Positions 1-8,514 of a DNA stretch of 54,911 nt are shown in pieces. Position numbers and translations under genes: made by a program. Source of the DNA: an uncultured Methanosarcinales archaeon (GTDB lineage: Archaea > Nanobdellota > Nanobdellia > Woesearchaeales > GW2011-AR9). Positions within the stretch are counted from its first letter, which is position 1, and the number at the start of each line of letters is the position of its first letter. Location of the stretch: contig CAYFMJ010000004.1 of NCBI GenBank assembly GCA_964344235.1, positions 1-54,911 on the forward strand. The letters are read 5' to 3'. Under the pieces are notes generated by a model. The model was not told the origin of the DNA and did not search any database. It was given only the letters and a program-made list of their open reading frames with translations.

Positions 1-3
1 GAG

Positions 4-576
4 CTAAGAAATGTGTAGTAGTTTCGTGTTGTGTAGCAGTTTCGGGATATTAGAAAATCTGTCTAAATCAACAACTCTAAAATACTCCTGATTCCGCACG
101 CTATACTTCCTCTCAGACTTCTCCAATTCTTCCATCATCTCTTCTTTTGAAATCATACCAAATATGCGAACAAAACCATTCCCATCATGATGACATACGA
201 CATGATAATCTGCAATTTTCTCCGGTTCTTCTCGTATTCGATCATCTGGATACGTCATCTGTTTATATATCTCCAAAGAAGAATTCCCGATACTGCGTAA
301 CCCAACAGTCACCTCTTCCCCACCAATCTTAAGAGTGAAATCAGCACCAGCTCCCTGGGCATCACCAAAATATAACCCTCGATTCCGAAACCATACTCCT
401 TTTGAAATCAGTATTTGCTTAAATGCTTCCTCCGTTGCCCAACAATTGAAGAAATTCTGCACTTTTTGCGGTGCATTCCTTCCCTGTTTTTCCCATCCTT
501 CCGTAGAGATCTTCTGTTGTGCTTGCTGTAAGAAGAATACTAACAACGATGGTGGGATAGTATATTCTAAGGGCAT
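4..576 (-). CDS. Hypothetical protein, possible restriction endonuclease partner of the adjacent methyltransferase
   Basis: Co-oriented directly downstream of a DNA MTase; weak PD-(D/E)xK-like pattern (TEE...GADF...VGLRS). ATG at 576 preferred over TTG at 591. Confidence 0.35.
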   Translation of the reverse strand: MPLEYTIPPSLLVFFLQQAQQKISTEGWEKQGRNAPQKVQNFFNCWATEEAFKQILISKGVWFRNRGLYFGDAQGAGADFTLKIGGEEVTVGLRSIGNSSLEIYKQMTYPDDRIREEPEKIADYHVVCHHDGNGFVRIFGMISKEEMMEELEKSERKYSVRNQEYFRVVDLDRFSNIPKLLHNTKLLHIS

Positions 577-637
577 AAAGGTATTACACAACGAGTCCTT
601 ATATAATTTCTACCGATACTTGTCGAGTGGGTTGTGG

Positions 638-1486
638 CTATTCCTCCACCACTTTCCTAAACACCAAACAATAATGGTGGTGCACATTCGGCACAAAACT
701 ATACTTATACCCGTATGGAAAAAGCGTTTTATTATCCTGACACCAAATTCTCTCTCCTCGTAATTGATAATGCTTTGCCATTTCCCTGGCAAAATCCCAT
801 GCTAACATCTTATACTCTCCTTTGTGCATATAATTCTGCAACACTACTACCAAATACCCACCCTCTTTCACACGCGTTTTAATCGCAACAAAAATCTTCA
901 TCAACTTCTCTAGGAACTCTTCATAACTTTCCGCATTCCCTAAATCATTCTCATCCTCACTATACTGTGTATCTAATCCTTGTTCCTCCCTCTTAGCAGA
1001 TGCTAACCCTTTCTTCTGCAACATCGGGCCGTATGGAGGAGAGGTAATCACGAAATCGACTTCCGGTAAATCATATTGCTTCCACATATAATCTACTTCA
1101 CTCGAATCTCCCTGCAACACTAATTGCTTGCAACTCTGCCTTGCCCCTTCTTCAGACAACTGCAACTGTCCCTCAAATACCTTTAACCTTTCCCTAGCAA
1201 TATCGGCATACTTCTTCTGCAACTCAATTCCGATGCCGTTTCGTTGTGAATTATAACACGCTACTAAAGTACTTCCCGTTCCCAGGAACGGATCAAATAC
1301 CACTTGTCCTGGCTTGGTAAAGAATTTCACAAACTCTTCAATTAAATCCTCTGGATATTTGGCCGGATGTAGTAATTCATTCTTCTTTCTCCGTGCTGGA
1401 TTGTGGATAAACCACGTTTTGGTAAACCGCAACCATTCCTGCGCTGTCAATTCATTCAGCTTATTATATGGAGAAACCTCACCCAT
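638..1486 (-). CDS. DNA amino-methyltransferase (N4-C/N6-A family)
   Basis: HPAKYP, motif I FDPFLGTGST and motif IV TSPPY; motif I precedes motif IV. Confidence 0.85.
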   Translation of the reverse strand: MGEVSPYNKLNELTAQEWLRFTKTWFIHNPARRKKNELLHPAKYPEDLIEEFVKFFTKPGQVVFDPFLGTGSTLVACYNSQRNGIGIELQKKYADIARERLKVFEGQLQLSEEGARQSCKQLVLQGDSSEVDYMWKQYDLPEVDFVITSPPYGPMLQKKGLASAKREEQGLDTQYSEDENDLGNAESYEEFLEKLMKIFVAIKTRVKEGGYLVVVLQNYMHKGEYKMLAWDFAREMAKHYQLRGERIWCQDNKTLFPYGYKYSFVPNVHHHYCLVFRKVVEE

Positions 1487-1556
1487 AAACAGATCAAAGA
1501 AATGAATGTATATAAGAATTTAGGGAATAAAAAATAGAAAAAAAGAAACAAAAAAC

Positions 1557-2057
1557 TTATCGCCGTCTTCGCGTCGTTTTTCTCTTGGCAGGTTTCCGCT
1601 TCGGTGCAGCTTTTCTCTTTGTCGTTCTCTTCTTTGCTGGCTTCCGTTTTGGAGCTGCTTTACGCTTTGTGGTCTTTCTCTTAGCCGGCTTTCGCTTCGG
1701 TGCAGCTTTTCTCTTTGTTGTTCTCTTCTTTGCTGCTTTCCGTTTTGGAGCCGCTTTTCGCTTCGTAGTCTTCCGCTTCACTGTTCTTTTCTTAGTCGCT
1801 TTCTTCTTCGCGGATTTTCTACTCTTCTTTCGACCACGTGCCATCTTAGCCCGAGCTACATTACCTTTCTTATCAATGAAATATAAGTAGCCAGACTCTT
1901 TCTTCACACCAACTTTCGCAACTACTTGCGTTCTAGAACGTCCTTTTGTTCGTCCTGCACGGCTCATTTTTGCACGAGCAACGTTTCCTTTTTTATCGAC
2001 GAAATAAAGGTAACCAGATTCTTTCTTAATTCCTGTTTTTGCAACAACTGTCGCCAT
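1557..2057 (-). CDS. Basic putative chromatin protein: two CC1-like domains plus a histone H1-like Lys/Arg/Ala/Pro repeat tail
   Basis: 28-aa unit VVAKxGxKKESGYLYFxDKKGNVARAKM present twice (25/28 identical); tail of 4x16-aa repeats; GAGGTG SD before ATG 2057. CC1 similarity is from recall. Confidence 0.6.
   Translation of the reverse strand: MATVVAKTGIKKESGYLYFVDKKGNVARAKMSRAGRTKGRSRTQVVAKVGVKKESGYLYFIDKKGNVARAKMARGRKKSRKSAKKKATKKRTVKRKTTKRKAAPKRKAAKKRTTKRKAAPKRKPAKRKTTKRKAAPKRKPAKKRTTKRKAAPKRKPAKRKTTRRRR
1578..1769 (-). repeat. Four 48-bp coding tandem repeats (TTKRKAAPKRKPAKKR-like)
   Basis: Visible directly in the translation, aa 99-162 of the listed ORF. Confidence 0.9.
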
Positions 2058-2362
2058 CCTCACACCTCTTTGTTATTTTTTCTGAAAAAACACCGTTTTT
2101 CGAGGTAGAAGAAACCAAATGAGTATTTAAAACTTTCTTTTTTCTCGTCGAGAACCCTCCCTATACCCCTTAATTATCTTGCATTTTCTGTCTGCTGTTC
2201 TATGGGGTGATTGTTGGAAGTTCTCATCATATTTCGTCCAACGTTGTTATTTGGCAATGATAATAAACCAAAAGATTTATAGTTTGCGCATCTGTGCGCT
2301 GGGGGTTTCTACGTAACAAATTTTGGGTTTTCAGTTTTATGAAAATACGAGGTGCATAAAAC

Positions 2363-2749
2363 ATGGCAACCATACATAAAAGTTGGATAGAGAAATTAGA
2401 TCAAGTAAGAAATTTACTTCAGGAAGCCTTTCCTGAGTTTGATATGCGCAATATGCAGGAGAGAATGAGTAAAATTGCCCATTATCATTACAATAAACGA
2501 AATTCAATGCTTCTTGGTCAAGATCGAAAAATCTACGACTTGCTCATTACTAACAGTTACAATCCATATACTGTGTATCGTTGGCTCCTGTTAGATAAAA
2601 TACCAGAAGATATTCGATTTCAGTTAAACCAGAATCAAATTAGTCAAAAGAAAGCGTTTTCTTTGTCTATGCAACGCAAACGGATGACAGATGAGGATAT
2701 AGTGCTTAATATTCGCCAGATGGGCATGCAATTGGTGAGGTGTTTGTAA
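2363..2749 (+). CDS. Hypothetical protein coupled to integrase
   Basis: GAGGTG SD; stop 1 nt before the integrase start. Confidence 0.6.
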   Translation: MATIHKSWIEKLDQVRNLLQEAFPEFDMRNMQERMSKIAHYHYNKRNSMLLGQDRKIYDLLITNSYNPYTVYRWLLLDKIPEDIRFQLNQNQISQKKAFSLSMQRKRMTDEDIVLNIRQMGMQLVRCL

Positions 2750-2750
2750 G

Positions 2751-3506
2751 ATGGCAAATATTCGTAAAGTTAAACAAAGGGGAAGGAGACTACCTAATGT
2801 GCTGAGTAAGAAGCAGTTGATCCAATTGTTTGAGAAAATTGAAGATATGCCCGTTTTTATCGCTAGTTTACTTGCTCTGTTCTGTGGTATGAGGATAAGC
2901 GAAGTCTGTCATCTAAAGAAAAAAGACATAAATTTAGAAGATTGTAAGATCAAAATTGTACAGGGTAAGGGTAATAAAGATCGAGTTGTGATGCTGCCAC
3001 TAAAACTTAAGCCATTGGTTGAGAAATGGAGCCGTATTGGAAGCGAGAGTGAATATTTCTTACATAGCTTCAACGATCCGAATAAGCCACTTGTTGATGG
3101 CTATGTGCAAAGAAGGTTCAGGCTTTCACTTGAGAGAGCAGGCCTTAAAATCAAGCGAAGAGTTACAGAAACGGGAAAACAACAATATATGTATAGTTTT
3201 CACACGTTACGTCACACCTACGCTACATATCTCTTGGAGAAAGGCATTGATTTGTACTATGTGCAGAGAGCTTTGGGCCATTCTGACATTCATACAACAC
3301 AAATTTATGCATATATCAGCCAGAGAGACCTGCAGGATAAAATAAATAGTGTCTTCGCACAAAAAGCAACTAAAGGGAAAATTCCGCAATCAATTACTGA
3401 TCCGGTTCAAGTTCTTCAGTTACGGTTAAGTTATGGGGAAATTTCTGCAGAAGAATACGAAAATATGTTGAACGTTTTGCAACAGAGCCAGAAGATGCAA
3501 TGGTAA
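2751..3506 (+). CDS. Tyrosine recombinase/integrase with C-terminal SHOCT-like helix pair
   Basis: GMRISE, GKGNKDR, HTLRH, LGHS, TTQIY catalytic set; tail LQLRLSYGEISAEEY. Confidence 0.92.
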   Translation: MANIRKVKQRGRRLPNVLSKKQLIQLFEKIEDMPVFIASLLALFCGMRISEVCHLKKKDINLEDCKIKIVQGKGNKDRVVMLPLKLKPLVEKWSRIGSESEYFLHSFNDPNKPLVDGYVQRRFRLSLERAGLKIKRRVTETGKQQYMYSFHTLRHTYATYLLEKGIDLYYVQRALGHSDIHTTQIYAYISQRDLQDKINSVFAQKATKGKIPQSITDPVQVLQLRLSYGEISAEEYENMLNVLQQSQKMQW

Positions 3507-3507
3507 T

Positions 3508-4236
3508 TTAGTACCAACATTTTTTTCCATTTTCTTTTAGCCATTTAATCCTTTCTTTGTAATTTGGGATTGCACTTGCAACTAACTCCCAAAATTTTGC
3601 AGAATGATTTTTCTCTTTGATATGTGCCAATTCATGAATACAGACGTAGTCTATGACCTCTTCAGGAGCAAAAAGTAAACGCGTTGAAATGTTGATATTA
3701 TTTTTTTGTGAACAACTTCCCCAATTAGAGGAATTATATTTGAGAAATATTTTGCCTATTTCAAAACCAAAATATTTTTTGTTCAATGCATTGACCTTAT
3801 CAACAATATACTCTTTTTTGACTTTTCCTATAACCCGACTTAGAAGCACAGAAATGTGTTTCTTTTTTTCTTGCTCGCTAATATTTTGCGAGATTATCAG
3901 GAAGACAGTTTTTCCATAAGTTTGAGCTGAACTTCCTTTCTTATCTGTGAATGTTATATTGAGTTTGTATGTGTCACCTCCAACGCTGATTTCATCACCG
4001 TTGTTGTACTCTTTGAAACCTTTATCTTCTGGCTGGATTTTTCTTTTTTGTAGTGCTTTTTGCGCCCATTGCTTAGCTTCGAATATAACTTTGAACAATT
4101 CTTCTTTAGATAATCCTGTTGGTACTCGCACGTTAATTCCTCTTTTTCCAATAGAAAAACGAGTGTTGTCTCTTTTTTCTTGATGAATGAAAATTTTGTG
4201 TTCAATACCATTTACAGTTATTTTTTCTTGGCGCAT
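3508..4236 (-). CDS. YgjP/DUF45 (M48/SprT-like) zinc metallohydrolase
   Basis: WGSCS...IDYVCIHELAHIKEKNHS (HExxH...H). Confidence 0.85.
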   Translation of the reverse strand: MRQEKITVNGIEHKIFIHQEKRDNTRFSIGKRGINVRVPTGLSKEELFKVIFEAKQWAQKALQKRKIQPEDKGFKEYNNGDEISVGGDTYKLNITFTDKKGSSAQTYGKTVFLIISQNISEQEKKKHISVLLSRVIGKVKKEYIVDKVNALNKKYFGFEIGKIFLKYNSSNWGSCSQKNNINISTRLLFAPEEVIDYVCIHELAHIKEKNHSAKFWELVASAIPNYKERIKWLKENGKKCWY

Positions 4237-5459
4237 AGCGTTTTGTCTGCAAGTACAATACGAATTTCATCGTACGTTATTTCTTTTGATAATGCTTGCT
4301 TGACCTCCTTTACTCTTGGCTCAGTACGAAATGATTCATATGCTTTGATAATTTTAGAAATAGTGAAATCAGATACACATTGCTTTGCAGAGATTTTTCT
4401 TACTGCAACCAACCTGTGTATGTGACCAAAAATAGTTGACGTTGCAAGACCACGCTGTTTTGCGATGTCATGAGGTTTTAGTCCCTTCTTGAACATCTGC
4501 AGAGTTATTTCTTCTGATTCACCTAATTTTATTGGTTTTGAAACTTTTTGCTCTAGTAATGTTATGTTTGTCTTCTTTTCGAGAACCTTTTTTCCTGCAT
4601 CAGTCAATGTGACAATCGGATATGAATACTGGCTCGTGTTGATTTTCACTTGTTTGAGTAATTCCATTCGCTCGAGTTGTTCGATGAAACCAAGAATGGT
4701 TGGTATATCATACCAAAGTAGCCCTCCATAACCTGCTTTCTTTTCAATACTTTTTATGGTTTGAGATTTTGATCCTCGTAGGAAAGCAGCTAACTTATGC
4801 TTACCTATTAGGTTTGTTGAGACTGTTCTAAGAATTGAGTGCACAATTTGTTGTTGTGCGTTTTCCTTGATTGGTTTTGAATATTCAGATAGGTTCTTGT
4901 GAGATTTTTGTAGATTATCAATATGTTTCTCTTTGAAATATTTGTATTGATATGCTAAGCCGTTTATAGTCATTTCTCCTTTTGCTTTCCGTGATGTTAC
5001 AAATCCAAACAACTTTTGTAAATATTTCTTGTCTTGTTTGAATTCAGCTTTTTGTTTGAGTCCTAACTTCTCTATAATTTCTTCATCTGTTTTGCTCAAA
5101 GCACGCATTTTTCGTGTGATTATTATTATTTCTGTTTGAGAGTGATTAGATTTCTGATACAAATCAACAACACCTTGAATTACAACTCCTTGCCCTATAT
5201 GTAAAATTAGATTACACATTTGGCAGATAGTCTCAAGATTTTGCTCTTGTTTATCTCGTGGATTGTCGTTAATGTGATGAACAATCATATATCTGTCGCA
5301 CTCAAAACCACAATAAACACATTTATCATTATCTCGTTTTAGAATTCTTCTCCTAATTGTTTGCCATTTACTATGATTTAGAAATTCTCTTTGCCATGGC
5401 TGACGCCACAATTGAGGATCATTGAATGTAGGAAAGAGCTTTTTTGCAATGCTAATCAC
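4218..5459 (-). CDS. HNH endonuclease - RQC-like winged helix - HTH fusion
   Basis: RDNDKCVYCG...VHH...NLETICQMCN; LAAFLRGSKS...YGGL (RQC-like); ITLQMFKKG...IAKQRGLATSTIFGH (YpbB/RecQ C-terminal HTH-like). Confidence 0.7.
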   Translation of the reverse strand: MISIAKKLFPTFNDPQLWRQPWQREFLNHSKWQTIRRRILKRDNDKCVYCGFECDRYMIVHHINDNPRDKQEQNLETICQMCNLILHIGQGVVIQGVVDLYQKSNHSQTEIIIITRKMRALSKTDEEIIEKLGLKQKAEFKQDKKYLQKLFGFVTSRKAKGEMTINGLAYQYKYFKEKHIDNLQKSHKNLSEYSKPIKENAQQQIVHSILRTVSTNLIGKHKLAAFLRGSKSQTIKSIEKKAGYGGLLWYDIPTILGFIEQLERMELLKQVKINTSQYSYPIVTLTDAGKKVLEKKTNITLLEQKVSKPIKLGESEEITLQMFKKGLKPHDIAKQRGLATSTIFGHIHRLVAVRKISAKQCVSDFTISKIIKAYESFRTEPRVKEVKQALSKEITYDEIRIVLADKTLCAKKK

Positions 5460-5998
5460 CCTAAAATCTCTTCAATTTTTGTAATGAATTGGTCGGCATC
5501 TTGGAGTGAACTTTGTGCATTCTCTTTTGAGATTGTAGGGGTCGCTTCATACTGTGCAGTTTCTCTTCGTGTTTTTGTTTGCATGAGTTTATTGATCAAA
5601 TCCTCACTTAGTACATATGCCTTAGAGATTTGTTGCAAATGCTTCTCCTCAAGATGTTTATTTTCATGCACATAGTGATGTTCTAGAATTGTGATCGTTG
5701 CTGCATGACTTTTTGACTTGAAACCTAGTTTTGCTACTGCTGCCAATGCAGACGTGTACATCGCATAATACGAAACAACTATGACCCAATCAAAACTCTC
5801 AAAGGAAGAGCGTAACTTGAGAATTTTTCTGAGATCTTCTTGATCTGAAATATTGAACAATAGGTTAGCAACTGTAAGGTTTTTACGTGATTTGGTTAGG
5901 AAAAGAGAAGAAAGTTTAACGTTCTCTTCATTCTTGGTTATTTGTCCTTTTTTCAAATATCCTTTAATTTTTTTCTTGAGCTGTTTTACTCTTTCCAT
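5456..5998 (-). CDS. HEPN domain protein
   Basis: SYYAMY...LGFKSKSH...RRETAQY; overlaps the upstream MNT gene. Confidence 0.8.
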   Translation of the reverse strand: MERVKQLKKKIKGYLKKGQITKNEENVKLSSLFLTKSRKNLTVANLLFNISDQEDLRKILKLRSSFESFDWVIVVSYYAMYTSALAAVAKLGFKSKSHAATITILEHHYVHENKHLEEKHLQQISKAYVLSEDLINKLMQTKTRRETAQYEATPTISKENAQSSLQDADQFITKIEEILG

Positions 5999-6627
5999 CC
6001 TATAAACCTCCAAAACTGTTGTGACCCATATATTGAAATTCCATAATCTCTAACTTCTTTTCCCACATTGAGCGATGGGCCTTTAAGCATTTTTCTAAAC
6101 TCATTAATATCTGTTAGGATAGGACTTACCGTGATGTTGTGTGAGAGTTGATAGCTCAGACACTCAGTCTCAATAATATTTCTTGTCTCCTTATCCGAAA
6201 TATCACTAATGATAAAGAGAAGATCAATATCGGAAGTCTTATTTGCCGATCCTTTGGCGTAACTTCCAAACAAAACGATTGAATGGAGCTTTGATATAAC
6301 TTTTTCGCTTATGTTTTGTATAATATTCTCAAGAACATTCTTTAGTTTGGAATGTTTGGTGTACAATTCTTCTTTTTTCTCTAAATCAAGCTCTTGAAGA
6401 AGGTGCCGGCTTTTAGCATTGTCTAAGTTTAGAGAACATTTCTTTGCTCTGCCAACCACTTCAACAACTATTACTTTTCCTTCTTCTAGTTCTTTGATGT
6501 GGTTATATGCCGGTCGGTAACCAATCGCTAGTTTCTTAGAAATATTGAGGATAGTATACCCTCTATCTAAATGATTACGTAGGAGTCCTATTATTTTCAA
6601 TGCTGTTTGTCTTCTCATATTATTCAC
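5986..6627 (-). CDS. HTH-minimal nucleotidyltransferase (MNT), partner of HEPN
   Basis: LFGSYAKG...SDIDLL; N-terminal winged HTH. Confidence 0.85.
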   Translation of the reverse strand: MNNMRRQTALKIIGLLRNHLDRGYTILNISKKLAIGYRPAYNHIKELEEGKVIVVEVVGRAKKCSLNLDNAKSRHLLQELDLEKKEELYTKHSKLKNVLENIIQNISEKVISKLHSIVLFGSYAKGSANKTSDIDLLFIISDISDKETRNIIETECLSYQLSHNITVSPILTDINEFRKMLKGPSLNVGKEVRDYGISIYGSQQFWRFIGWKE

Positions 6628-6740
6628 TTAATGAATAGTTTTATTCACTTTAGTATATAAATCTTTCTGCTGCAAAATCATTTTGTGACTACATTTCAAA
6701 GAAAAGCGACATATGAGATAAGTTGTAGTCACACACACAA

Positions 6741-6965
6741 CTATCCTTTAAACCATTCTTCACGAGTAAACTTACCAAAAAGAATGAGAACAAATCCTAA
6801 ACTAGCCAGGCCAACACCAAGTACAGCTCCATCTTGGTGCCAGAACCAGAACCCAACTATAGCTATCAATACACCCAGAATTACAAAAATCCATCCCGGT
6901 GATTCAAACAATTTCCTTTTACGCCCAGTCTCATCGAGCGTTTCCTTAGCTAAGTGTCCTTTCAT
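6741..6965 (-). CDS. Small two-TM membrane protein
   Basis: Two hydrophobic stretches; ATGA overlap with the upstream gene. Confidence 0.55.
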   Translation of the reverse strand: MKGHLAKETLDETGRKRKLFESPGWIFVILGVLIAIVGFWFWHQDGAVLGVGLASLGFVLILFGKFTREEWFKG

Positions 6966-7636
6966 TTTCCAAATAATGTAACTATTCCTTTATTATCATC
7001 GAGCATTGCTGCTCCTTTCTTTTGCAACTTAGGGAGTAACTTTTGTAGGTTATTAAACGTTTCTGCCCATTCTTCTTTGCATCTGCTTTCCTGAAGGATA
7101 TAAACATGCTTCCATTCAAGATGTTGAACCAATTTTACATATTCCTCTAATCCCAGAATCTGTACTACAATGTTGTACAATGCTTCGTCTCTTTCTCGAA
7201 GATAGAAAAAAAGTATTGGCAATTGAACAAGATATGACCATTTCAAATCTTCTGCCTTATTTGAATCACGTCCAGTCAAAATAGTAATAATTTCGTCGTC
7301 AAGATATGTTTTCTGAGTAAATTCTCGAATTTTCTCATCAAGATAAAAATGTCGTAAATATTTTTTATATTTCTCAGCGAGTTTCTTATCATCACCCAGA
7401 CTGATTGAATTGATGACTTTATCTAATAATTTGTTACTATTGGCTTTGTAGAAACGTTTGTTTTCAACAGATAAGATTCCATCCTCAACTGCTTTTTGTA
7501 TCTCCCCTGTAATCTCTTTATGAAAAAATCTTCCTGTGTTGTTAAACCACTCTTTCCCAATTGCAACTAATGGTTTTGCTTCTGTAAGAGTTGAGAGGAT
7601 AACCAACTTAACATACTCCTTTGCGGGCTTTTTCAT
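6962..7636 (-). CDS. Hypothetical protein
   Basis: 224-aa ORF with an upstream TATA-like element. Confidence 0.6.
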   Translation of the reverse strand: MKKPAKEYVKLVILSTLTEAKPLVAIGKEWFNNTGRFFHKEITGEIQKAVEDGILSVENKRFYKANSNKLLDKVINSISLGDDKKLAEKYKKYLRHFYLDEKIREFTQKTYLDDEIITILTGRDSNKAEDLKWSYLVQLPILFFYLRERDEALYNIVVQILGLEEYVKLVQHLEWKHVYILQESRCKEEWAETFNNLQKLLPKLQKKGAAMLDDNKGIVTLFGK

Positions 7637-7760
7637 TGTAAAGCTAGGAATATGTGGTTGTATATAAGCCTTTCTGCGATTTTAGCATTTTTCCTGATAT
7701 TTAATAAAAATCACTAAAATATGAGTAAACTTTAAATAGTAGGTTCATTCTTAAGTAGTA

Positions 7761-8003
7761 ATGGTGAACGACAACCCTTTCGAACCAAAAGATTTGGCTC
7801 TTCTAGAGCTTTTGAAACGACCAAAGAAAGAGTATGGAAGACCCACAATAAAATGGTCTTATTTCCAACTACTTGGCTTTGTTGCTGCACGAAATGGCAA
7901 TGGATGGGTTCCTGCTCGTTCTCGTGCTGCGATGAAGAGAGGAAAACTTTCTGCAACACAGAAAGCAACAAGACTATATGGAGGTAACACACATGACGTA
8001 TAA
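7761..8003 (+). CDS. Hypothetical basic protein upstream of the second recombinase
   Basis: 80-aa ORF overlapping the next gene. Confidence 0.5.
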   Translation: MVNDNPFEPKDLALLELLKRPKKEYGRPTIKWSYFQLLGFVAARNGNGWVPARSRAAMKRGKLSATQKATRLYGGNTHDV

Positions 8004-8514
8004 AAGAGAAGCATTAGAAATTGACGAAATGCAGGCAATGAAACAATCTTGCATGAGTTTCGATGAAGAAGTTGTTGTCTATACACTCTTAGAAACAGGT
8101 ATGCGTGTTTCTGAGTTAGCTAATTTGAAGGAACAAAACATTAGCTGGCAAAGAGGGTGTATTAACATAATTGGGAAAGGAAATAAACGACGTGTTATTC
8201 CTATGAGTCCTGTAGTAAGAAATCTTCTGCGAGAGTTGTTTACGCGTCGGGATCGTTTCCATTTAGCTGTGCGAACGATTCAGAAATATGTCAAGGATGT
8301 TGCTGAACGAGCACGAATTAAAAAACCAGTTAGCCCCCATGTGTTGCGACATACATTTGCTGTAACCTATCTGCATAAAGGAGGGAATCTACGTGCCTTG
8401 CAAGGTATTTTGGGTCATAGCCATATTCAAACAACAGACATGTACTTGAATTATTCTGGCCAGAGAGTAATTGAAGACTTTAATCGAGTATGGGGTGAAC
8501 AACTTGGGGTATGA
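7993..8514 (+). CDS. Short tyrosine recombinase (catalytic domain only, Xer-like)
   Basis: TGMRVSE, GKGNKRR, PHVLRH, LGHS, TTDMY; GGAGGT SD before ATG 7993. Confidence 0.9.
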   Translation: MTYKREALEIDEMQAMKQSCMSFDEEVVVYTLLETGMRVSELANLKEQNISWQRGCINIIGKGNKRRVIPMSPVVRNLLRELFTRRDRFHLAVRTIQKYVKDVAERARIKKPVSPHVLRHTFAVTYLHKGGNLRALQGILGHSHIQTTDMYLNYSGQRVIEDFNRVWGEQLGV

